Assembly: GCA_964409615.1 (NCBI GenBank)
Contig: CAYPDT010000003.1
Coordinates: forward strand, 24,576-88,575
Length of the DNA: 64,000 bases
Origin: an uncultured Candidatus Saccharibacteria bacterium
GTDB lineage: Bacteria > Patescibacteriota > Saccharimonadia > Saccharimonadales > AWTP1-31
Direction of reading: 5' to 3'
Positions 56,143-63,800 of the stretch are shown here, in pieces; position 1 is the stretch's first letter; every line of letters begins with the position of its first letter. The notes below the pieces were generated by a model. It ran no database searches. It saw only the letters and a program-made list of their open reading frames with translations, and had not been told where the DNA came from. A program made the position numbers and the translations under genes.

Positions 56143-56502
56143 ATGGCTACCGTCGATTATTTCGAGCGTAAACTTGATGACAAGCGCAGGTTAACAATTC
56201 CTGTTGAGCTTCGTGATGAGTTTGTGAGCGGAGTAGTGATGACCAAGGGCTTCTCAAAGTATCTTCACATGTATCCCAAAGCAGTTTGGGACGAACAGGT
56301 TGAACCACAATTACAAGGAAACATTCTTGATGAAAAAGTGGCTGACCTAAACGTTCAATTCCGCACAGGGAAGAGTGAAAGTCCGCTTGATCAAAAGCAA
56401 GGACGAATCACTATAGAACCAGCACTGCTCGAGTTCGCCGGCATAGACCGTGCGGTAGTCGCTGTACGAGCTGGCCGATATTGGCGTTTATTAGCTGCAT
56501 AG
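56143..56502 (+). CDS. mraZ: Transcriptional regulator MraZ
   Basis: Two SpoVT/AbrB-like halves are present: KLDDKRRLTIPVELRDEF and LDQKQGRITIEPALLEFAGI. The start is ATG 56143, after GAAAGGTGAG. The tracked ORF start at 56050 lies in the repeat array. Confidence 0.85.
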   Translation: MATVDYFERKLDDKRRLTIPVELRDEFVSGVVMTKGFSKYLHMYPKAVWDEQVEPQLQGNILDEKVADLNVQFRTGKSESPLDQKQGRITIEPALLEFAGIDRAVVAVRAGRYWRLLAA

Positions 56503-56804
56503 CCCTGATCTTTAACAACTCAAGCAAGCACAAACTACGAATATATAATTTTTGATATAACATCGAGATTAGCTATTCGGCAGTCAACAAGTGGATAGAA
56601 GGTAACCACTATAAAACCTTAGAACATTTCTCAAAAAAACACCTCCCAAAACTCCACCTCACACATAAGTCTCTCAAACTTAGTTAAAGATTTGAGGAGC
56701 GTTTTACAGGGCAACCTGCACCAAACAACTCCTCGTTCAATCTCTAACAAACAAAAACAAAAACACCCCACAAAAATAAAAAGTTGACTGCTGATTAGGT
56801 GATC

Positions 56805-56835
56805 TTGAACAAACCAAACAAAAGTATGCTAAAAT
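56805..56835 (+). promoter_or_regulatory. Possible promoter for rsmH: TTGAAC, 19 nt, TGcTAAAAT
   Basis: Read directly. The spacer is long but there is an extended -10. It would give an A/C-rich, SD-less leader of about 32 nt. Confidence 0.35.
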
Positions 56836-56873
56836 GCTTATGTTAGGTAAAAAACAAAAACACCAAAACAAAA

Positions 56874-57758
56874 ATGACAGACAAGACAACCGCGTTGCAC
56901 GTGCCGGTACTATTTACCGAGACATTAGAGTATCTTGCACCACAGGTCGGGGAAACATACCTTGATTTAACTGCAGGATACGGTGGGCATGCCTCGGCAG
57001 TGCAGGAAGCAACACAGACACGCGTAACTCTTGTTGATCGAGATCAAATGGCGGTTAGTCGTTTGCGAGAACGCTTTACCCCCGAACAGGCTGAGATTGT
57101 ACATTCAGACTTCCTGGATGCAAGCAAACAGCTGGTCCGAGAAGGTAGAACGTTCGATATAATCTTAGCCGATCTCGGCGTTTCGTCACCGCACCTTAAT
57201 ATTGCAAGCAGAGGATTCGCATTTCAACAGGATGGACCGTTGGATATGCGGATGGATCAGACTCAAGAATTAACAGCTGACTATATAGTCAATTACTATT
57301 CTGAGGAGGATTTTGTGCGCATACTACGTGAATATGGGGAAGAGCCACGGGCTTTTACCATCGCCCGAGCGATTATTAATGCTCGGCCAATCACTGGTAC
57401 AGCGCAGCTTGCGCAAGTTGTCGCCCGAACATTTCGGGGCCACAGCAAAACACATCCAGCCACACGGACCTTCCAAGCGCTCCGTATAGCTGTGAATGAT
57501 GAGCTGGGGCAGGTGCAAGAAGCGCTACCATTGTGGTTGCAGCTTTTGAAACCCGGTGGACGACTTGCTGTAATAAGTTTTCATAGTCTCGAAGACCGCA
57601 TTGTAAAGAATGCATTTGCTGAACGAGCAGGGAACACATACGATGCCGAACTACGACTTCTGACCAAACGACCAGTCGTAGCGGGCGATTCCGAATTAGT
57701 TTCTAATCCGCGTGCACGTAGCGCCAAGCTACGGGTCGCAGTGAAAATAAAAAAATAA
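56874..57758 (+). CDS. rsmH: 16S rRNA (cytosine1402-N4)-methyltransferase
   Basis: HVPVLFTETLEYL, DLTAGYGGHA, ILADLGVSSPHL and FHSLEDRIVK are present. Confidence 0.95.
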   Translation: MTDKTTALHVPVLFTETLEYLAPQVGETYLDLTAGYGGHASAVQEATQTRVTLVDRDQMAVSRLRERFTPEQAEIVHSDFLDASKQLVREGRTFDIILADLGVSSPHLNIASRGFAFQQDGPLDMRMDQTQELTADYIVNYYSEEDFVRILREYGEEPRAFTIARAIINARPITGTAQLAQVVARTFRGHSKTHPATRTFQALRIAVNDELGQVQEALPLWLQLLKPGGRLAVISFHSLEDRIVKNAFAERAGNTYDAELRLLTKRPVVAGDSELVSNPRARSAKLRVAVKIKK

Positions 57759-57774
57759 CAGAAAGGGGATAGAC

Positions 57775-57834
57775 ATGCCTATTCAGGTCAAAAGTCAGTC
57801 CCGAGCTTACAAGGTCAAAGTAAAAGTCCTGTAA
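57775..57834 (+). CDS. Candidate 19-codon mini-ORF (MPIQVKSQSRAYKVKVKVL)
   Basis: AAGGGG SD lies 6 nt before the ATG, the best SD in this neighbourhood. The ORF is very short and unsupported otherwise. Confidence 0.2.
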   Translation: MPIQVKSQSRAYKVKVKVL

Positions 57835-57913
57835 GCGCCAAAATCAAGCTGGTCCCGCAATTTGCGGGACCGCTTGAACCAAAGACAAACATAAAGAAAA
57901 ACAAACATTATCA

Positions 57914-58261
57914 ATGACATACTCACACTCCCTAGCTTCAAGCCGTCAACGGTTTGTGGCTAATAATCAAAACACCACTAAATTTCGTACCAACGAGACA
58001 ACACTCGGGCCGGTAAGTAACACAATTGTACTTATTGTATTGGCTTGTGTGCTTGGTTTGTTGTATCTAACACAAGTAACAAAAACAAACGCCTACGGTT
58101 ATAAAATAAACTCCCTCACCACGCAGGCGACTGAATTGCAGCAAGAACATGACGAGCTCGAAGTTGCATCTGCACGATTACAGGCGTTAGATCGCGTAAA
58201 AAACAGTGAAGTAGCTAAGAATCTGGTTTCTGCAACTCCGGCAGGTACTCTCTCTAATTAG
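57914..58261 (+). CDS. FtsL/DivIC-like septum formation protein
   Basis: The 115-aa protein has one TM helix (IVLIVLACVLGLLYL) followed by a coiled coil (LTTQATELQQEHDELEVASARLQAL). It lies between rsmH and ftsI. Confidence 0.55.
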   Translation: MTYSHSLASSRQRFVANNQNTTKFRTNETTLGPVSNTIVLIVLACVLGLLYLTQVTKTNAYGYKINSLTTQATELQQEHDELEVASARLQALDRVKNSEVAKNLVSATPAGTLSN

Positions 58262-58285
58262 CCAAAAGCGGTATACTAGGTACAG

Positions 58286-60055
58286 GTGAATCAAAGACAA
58301 ATAACCCGACCTTCATTTAATCATGTCCAGCGTGTTCGTGTTTGGTACGGTGCGCTCTTAGTAGTGATGGCTATTTTTGGTATCCGTTTATTTTACCTAC
58401 AGATAATTCGTCACGATTATTACAAAAAAACCGCATTGTCAGGGCAACTGAAGCAGTATCAAATTACTGCCGACAGGGGAATAATTGAAGCTCACGATGG
58501 TGATTCTGTAGTTCCTATAGTGCTCAATGAAAAACGCTATACCTTGTTTGCAGACCCAAAGTACATCAAAGATGCGGAGCCAGTTGCTGCCAAAATCCAA
58601 AAAATTATCGGAGGCGACCAAACTGACATCGAAAAGAAACTCAAGCTTAAAACACGCTATTCGATATTGGCCAAAAAACTACCCAAGAATCAGAAAGACC
58701 AACTCGACAAGCTTGAACTTAAAGGTGTTGGAACCAGAGAGGAATCGATTCGTACCTATCCACAAGGTGACCTAGCAGCTCAGCTATTAGGTTTTGTTGA
58801 TGACGAGGGTGTCGGCAAGTACGGAGTTGAACAGGCGCTAAACAAGGAGCTGAAAGGCACACCGGGACAGTTAAAGGCTATTACTGACGCCCGAGGGGTG
58901 CCATTGGTTGCTAACACTGATAATATCGTCACCAAGCCTAAAGCTGGCGATAGAGTGTTGCTGACGGTTGATGTGTCGATGCAGCGTCAACTAGAAGATG
59001 TCTTGAAGTCGGGTCTTGATGCTGCTAAATCAAAATCCGGCAGCGCCTTGATTATGGATCCATATACCGGAGCCATCAAAGCTATGGCTAATTACCCAAC
59101 ATATAATCCGGCTGAATTTTACAAAGTTGAAAACGGCGAAACTTTCAATAATGCAGCTGTCAGCTCTCCGTTAGAGGTCGGTTCAATTATGAAGCCATTA
59201 ACTGCAGCAGCAGCTCTGAACAAAGGGGTTGTGAATCCGAATTCAAGTTATTATGATCCCAGCTTTTATAAGATTGGCGATGCCAAGATTACAAATATCG
59301 AAGAAGATGGTGGGGCCGGTACGCGAACTGTTGCTGATATTTTAGAAATGTCACTGAACACTGGTGCTACTTGGTTGTTAATGCAAATGGGCGGTGGTGA
59401 AGTGAACAAGCAGGCACGCGAGACGTGGCATGATTACATGGTTAATCATTACCGTTTTGGCCAGTCTACTGGAATTGAGCAAGGCTATGAAGCTGATGGC
59501 AGCGTACCTGATCCAAACGATGGATTCGGACTTAACATCCAATATGCCAATACCTCGTTTGGCCAGGGAATGACAGCCACGCCACTGCAAATGGGGGCGG
59601 CATTGAGCGCAGTTATTAATGGTGGTACCTACTACAAGCCCTTTCTGGTTGATAAATCTACGGATTCAGCCGGGAAATTAACAACTCATAAACCACAGAT
59701 TGTTAAATTGGACGTTGTAAGCCCGCAGGTTAGCTCTGAAATGCAAACACTGATGAAAGGTGTAGTCGATAAGAATTACCGCTTATACGGCTTCAATGAG
59801 CGTCCTACTAACTACCTAGTTGGTGGTAAGACTGGTACAGCAGAAATTACAAAACCTGGGGGCGGCTACTACGAAGATCGATTCAACGGTACCTTTATGG
59901 GATTTGTTGGTGGCGACAAACCAGAGTATGTGATTGTAGTACGCGTAAACGAACCTGGCATCAAAGGCTACGCGGGGTCTAAGGCAGCAGCGCCAATATT
60001 CACTAATCTTACAAATATGCTTATTAATAATTTTAATGTTAGTCCACGCTCATAA
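58286..60055 (+). CDS. ftsI: Class B penicillin-binding protein (FtsI/PBP2-type transpeptidase)
   Basis: GTG start. A TM anchor, SIMK (SxxK), SLN (SxN) and KTGT are present. Confidence 0.9.
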   Translation: MNQRQITRPSFNHVQRVRVWYGALLVVMAIFGIRLFYLQIIRHDYYKKTALSGQLKQYQITADRGIIEAHDGDSVVPIVLNEKRYTLFADPKYIKDAEPVAAKIQKIIGGDQTDIEKKLKLKTRYSILAKKLPKNQKDQLDKLELKGVGTREESIRTYPQGDLAAQLLGFVDDEGVGKYGVEQALNKELKGTPGQLKAITDARGVPLVANTDNIVTKPKAGDRVLLTVDVSMQRQLEDVLKSGLDAAKSKSGSALIMDPYTGAIKAMANYPTYNPAEFYKVENGETFNNAAVSSPLEVGSIMKPLTAAAALNKGVVNPNSSYYDPSFYKIGDAKITNIEEDGGAGTRTVADILEMSLNTGATWLLMQMGGGEVNKQARETWHDYMVNHYRFGQSTGIEQGYEADGSVPDPNDGFGLNIQYANTSFGQGMTATPLQMGAALSAVINGGTYYKPFLVDKSTDSAGKLTTHKPQIVKLDVVSPQVSSEMQTLMKGVVDKNYRLYGFNERPTNYLVGGKTGTAEITKPGGGYYEDRFNGTFMGFVGGDKPEYVIVVRVNEPGIKGYAGSKAAAPIFTNLTNMLINNFNVSPRS

Positions 60056-60099
60056 AGCTATAATGATGAAAGTTCTTATGATAAAAACTACAGTACATC

Positions 60100-61362
60100 A
60101 TGCGAGTCAGAGGGTTTATGGACGCTAGAGCACAACGTCGAAGGCCAGTTATCGAGAAAGCTCGTCGCAAACATAAACCAGATTACATCTTATTATTATT
60201 GAGCCTAGTCCTACTATCTCTCGGTTTAGTTGTTGTGTATGCAATTAGTCCAGGCTTGAGTGCGCAGAAGGGCGTCGGTGAAAATTATTATGTCGGGAAA
60301 CAGCTGATTGCTGTTGTCTTGGGTATTGTGGCTTTTCTGGTCACGTCTAATGTACCAACTTCGTGGTGGCGGCGTTTTGAACAGCCACTCATCATAGCTG
60401 CAGTCATTGCTTCAATTGCTGTGCGTTTTGTGGGGGAGCGGGTGAACGGTGCGTACCGTTGGGTCCAGGTGGGTGGCTTATCATTTCAGGCAGCAGAGCT
60501 GATTAAATTTGCACTGCTCATTTGGTTAGCAGGCTTTTTGGTCGATAGGCTTCGGCGAGGCGAGATTGCCGATGAAAAACGGACTTTTAAGCCAATCTTG
60601 ATTGCCTTGGCACTTATCGCGTTAGTTGTAGCAAAAATACAGAGTGATTTAGGCTCTACCGGCGTGATGGTGATGATAATGGCTAGTATGATTTTTGTGG
60701 TAGGACTACCCCTGAAGAAAATACTGATGATTGGCGGAATTATCGCAATCGGAACTACCTTACTTATTGCTTCTTCAAGTTATCGCCGTGACCGCTTCGA
60801 GACGTTTCTGAACCCGGCGCGAGATTGTCAGACCACCGGCTATCAGGCGTGTCAGGCACTTATCGCCGTTGGGTCTGGTGGAATAACGGGGTTGGGATTG
60901 GGCCGTGGCGTACAAGCCTATGGATATTTGCCAGAAGCAGCTAATGATTCGATATTTGCTATCTTTGCAGAGAAATTCGGCTTTATTGGTGTGAGTGTTC
61001 TATTGGCATTTTTTATAGCCTTTTTTGCACGGCTAAAAAATATAATCGAACGAACCTCAGATGATTTCAGTCGTTTGTTGGTTGTTGGTGTACTGGCATG
61101 GCTTAGTACACAGACAATGATTAATATCGGGGCTATGATTGGGTTGTTGCCGCTCAAGGGCATCACACTCCCATTTATCAGCTACGGTGGCACCAGTATT
61201 ATATTTATTACAGCTGCAATTGGTATCGTATTCCAGATTTCACGGTATACTAGCTATAGCGTTATTACAGATCAAGGTACTGAGGGAACAAGCGATGAAA
61301 ATATTCCTAGTCGGCGGCGGATCCGGGGGGCATATCACCCCAACTCTGGCGGTCGCGGCTGA
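60100..61362 (+). CDS. ftsW: SEDS-family peptidoglycan glycosyltransferase FtsW/RodA
   Basis: About 10 TM helices, LPEAANDSIFAIFAEKFGFIG and LPLKGITLPFISYGGTS are present. Confidence 0.9.
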   Translation: MRVRGFMDARAQRRRPVIEKARRKHKPDYILLLLSLVLLSLGLVVVYAISPGLSAQKGVGENYYVGKQLIAVVLGIVAFLVTSNVPTSWWRRFEQPLIIAAVIASIAVRFVGERVNGAYRWVQVGGLSFQAAELIKFALLIWLAGFLVDRLRRGEIADEKRTFKPILIALALIALVVAKIQSDLGSTGVMVMIMASMIFVVGLPLKKILMIGGIIAIGTTLLIASSSYRRDRFETFLNPARDCQTTGYQACQALIAVGSGGITGLGLGRGVQAYGYLPEAANDSIFAIFAEKFGFIGVSVLLAFFIAFFARLKNIIERTSDDFSRLLVVGVLAWLSTQTMINIGAMIGLLPLKGITLPFISYGGTSIIFITAAIGIVFQISRYTSYSVITDQGTEGTSDENIPSRRRIRGAYHPNSGGRG

Positions 61363-62467
61363 GCTAAAAAAACAGGCAAAAGACTGCGAACTGGTCTACG
61401 TTATCGGTAAGGGTGACCGATTAGACGATGTCGTTGCTGGCAATTCTAGCGTGGACCGTACGTTCAGTATCCATTCCGGCAAATTACGACGGTACCACGG
61501 CGAAGGGCTGCGCCAAATATTTGACCTACCGACCACTGTTAAAAATATTAGAGATGTATTTTTAGTGATGGCTGGTATTGTTGAATCATTCTTTTTACTA
61601 CGTCGAGAAAAGCCGGATATCATATTCCTAAAAGGTGGCTTTGTAGGCGTACCCATTGGGCTCGTGGCGGCAGCTATGCACATTCCGTATATAACTCATG
61701 ATTCCGATGCATTGCCAGGTTTGGCTAATCGACTCATCGCTCGATGGGCGGTTGCACATGCTGTAGCTATGCCAAAAGATGCGTACTCGTACCCGAAGGC
61801 AAAGACGTACCAAACTGGAGTGCCAATTTCTGCAGACTATAGTTTAGTCACGGCAGCTAAGCAGGCTGGCTTTAAGAAGTCCTTCAACTTAGATAGATCT
61901 AATCCAGTACTTTGTATAACTGGTGGGGGGTTGGGTGCTCTTCGGCTCAATGATTCTATAGTGCATATTGCCAAGGCTTTGTTATCACGACACCCACAAC
62001 TTCATATACTACATTTGGCAGGGCGGGGGAAGGCGACTGCTCTCAGTGAGGCATACCGAAAGGCCTTGGGTGCTAAAGCGGTACAGGTAGACGTTAAGGA
62101 ATTTGTAGAAGACTTCTACCGATATAGCGGTGCAGCAGATGTAATTGTTGCAAGGGCAGGGGCAAATAGTCTAGCTGAATTCGCTGCTCAGGCAAAAGCC
62201 TGCATTATCGTCCCGAATCAACAATTGACGGGTGGGCATCAGCTTAAGAATGCCCAAGTGCTCGAAGACAGTCGTGCCATAGTTTGCGTACCCGATGAAT
62301 CGGTTCAGAAAAATCCTGAAATCTTACTGCAACAAATCGAAATGCTACTGAGCGAGCCAAAGCGTAGACTTGAACTTGCCCGGAACCTGCACGCCACTGC
62401 CGATGCTAAGGCCGCTGAGAAAATCGCTGATTTAATCTTAGATTCGATGCAGAAGGTACGGAACTAA
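61295..62467 (+). CDS. murG: UDP-GlcNAc:lipid I N-acetylglucosaminyltransferase MurG
   Basis: MKIFLVGGGSGGHITPTLAVAAEL identifies the N-terminus, and a G-loop and C-terminal GT-B half are present. The start at ATG 61295 overlaps the ftsW 3' end by 68 nt. The tracked ORF is open from 61139. Confidence 0.9.
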   Translation: MKIFLVGGGSGGHITPTLAVAAELKKQAKDCELVYVIGKGDRLDDVVAGNSSVDRTFSIHSGKLRRYHGEGLRQIFDLPTTVKNIRDVFLVMAGIVESFFLLRREKPDIIFLKGGFVGVPIGLVAAAMHIPYITHDSDALPGLANRLIARWAVAHAVAMPKDAYSYPKAKTYQTGVPISADYSLVTAAKQAGFKKSFNLDRSNPVLCITGGGLGALRLNDSIVHIAKALLSRHPQLHILHLAGRGKATALSEAYRKALGAKAVQVDVKEFVEDFYRYSGAADVIVARAGANSLAEFAAQAKACIIVPNQQLTGGHQLKNAQVLEDSRAIVCVPDESVQKNPEILLQQIEMLLSEPKRRLELARNLHATADAKAAEKIADLILDSMQKVRN

Positions 62468-63402
62468 TGGCTTTTGGCCGGAACGCTAAGAATAGTCAGG
62501 CTCGTCAGCCAAGACGGCAAGTTGCTCCGCAAGCCCCCCGGCAAGAGTTTTTTTCGTACCATGCCAATAGACGACCAGCAAGCCAGCCCCAGGCCAAAAA
62601 TACGGGTCAGCGCCGACCTCTCCTCGATGCTAAAGCTCAAGAGCGTATGGCTCGTCATTTATCCAAAGAACGACTACCAGTAGTCCTTGCGCTTCTGGTG
62701 CTCGGCGCAAGCTTACTATATATGACCACCTTGTCCTCAGTTCCCAAGATTGTAATCGACGGTGGAGCAGACTTTAAAGTGCTACGAAAAGTAGAAGTGT
62801 ACCAGGATGCGGCCACCGAGATTCTACAGTCTTCAGTTGGTAATAAAAGTAAGCTAACCCTTAACAATACCGCAGTTAGTCAAGCTATGCAGCGGCAGTT
62901 TCCAGAACTCAGTCATATCGAAGTAGTCTTGCCACTAACAGGCCATAGACCAGTAATCCAGGCGATATCAGAGAGGCCGGCGCTACTATTGGCTACCCAA
63001 CAAGGTGTCTTCGTGATTGGTGAAAGTGGTAAAGCGCTGATGAAGGTTTCTGACGCTACAAACATACCCGACAAACTGCCGACGGTTCGTGATGATGCCA
63101 ATTTGACCGTCAAGCCAGGTAAGGGAGTACTATCTGGTCAGGATGTAATATTTATTACAACACTCACTCAACAGTTTGAAGCGAAAAATATAGATATATC
63201 CTCGATGACCCTCCCGGCTCTTGCTGCTGAATTACATGTTCGTATTGCCGATAAACCATACTATATAAAATTTAGTTTACTGTCTGACCCGCGCATCGCA
63301 GCAGGGCAGTACTTCGCTCTACAGAAGAAACTTGAGGCTGATAAGGTTAGCCCTGCCGAATATGTCGATTCACGTGTAGAAGAACGTATCTACTACAAGT
63401 AG
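62467..63402 (+). CDS. ftsQ: FtsQ/DivIB-like cell division protein
   Basis: A basic N-terminal tail, one TM helix (VVLALLVLGASLLYM) and a POTRA-like region follow one another. The gene lies after murG. Confidence 0.6.
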   Translation: MAFGRNAKNSQARQPRRQVAPQAPRQEFFSYHANRRPASQPQAKNTGQRRPLLDAKAQERMARHLSKERLPVVLALLVLGASLLYMTTLSSVPKIVIDGGADFKVLRKVEVYQDAATEILQSSVGNKSKLTLNNTAVSQAMQRQFPELSHIEVVLPLTGHRPVIQAISERPALLLATQQGVFVIGESGKALMKVSDATNIPDKLPTVRDDANLTVKPGKGVLSGQDVIFITTLTQQFEAKNIDISSMTLPALAAELHVRIADKPYYIKFSLLSDPRIAAGQYFALQKKLEADKVSPAEYVDSRVEERIYYK

Positions 63403-63533
63403 AATAACCCACTAGATAGTGGGTAGACATAAGAAGATGTCCCCCGTCACCCTTCTCTCATGTTCGCAAAATGTTCAGTTATCGATAAATGGTTATAACT
63501 CCAAAAAATATATAGAACAATACATAGCAGGGT

Positions 63534-63637
63534 AAAAGTCAAATTTATCAAATATTGACGAGTGCAGGGGAAAACTATAAAAACATATAAAAGGAAACAA
63601 AAGTCAAATATTGCAAATCGTGCTGTGGAAAACTATC
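63534..63637. repeat. Two imperfect direct repeat modules in an AT-rich non-coding region
   Basis: 63534-63578 reads AAAAGTCAAATttatcaaatattgacgaGTGCaGgGGAAAACTAT. 63599-63637 reads AAAAGTCAAATattgcaaatcGTGCtGtGGAAAACTAT. Confidence 0.45.
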
Positions 63638-63800
63638 TGTGGATGATGATTCAGTATGTGTAGAAATAATGGACCATACCTGGAACGGCATTAAAAGAAT
63701 GTTAATACAAACAATAGCGCAGCTGCAGGTGGAGTTATAACGCACACATGGTAACATTCATTATTTATCCCCTGCAGGAGGGGTATACATACTCATCTTT

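Noticed and set aside
55880-56900. I considered whether the DnaA-box cluster plus the A-rich spacer could be oriC.
   Set aside because: There is no dnaA or dnaN nearby and no obvious AT-rich 13-mer-type unwinding element next to the boxes. Gene orientation (+) continues unchanged on both sides. Two of the boxes are explained as a terminator stem. I keep it as a DnaA-binding or regulatory hypothesis only.
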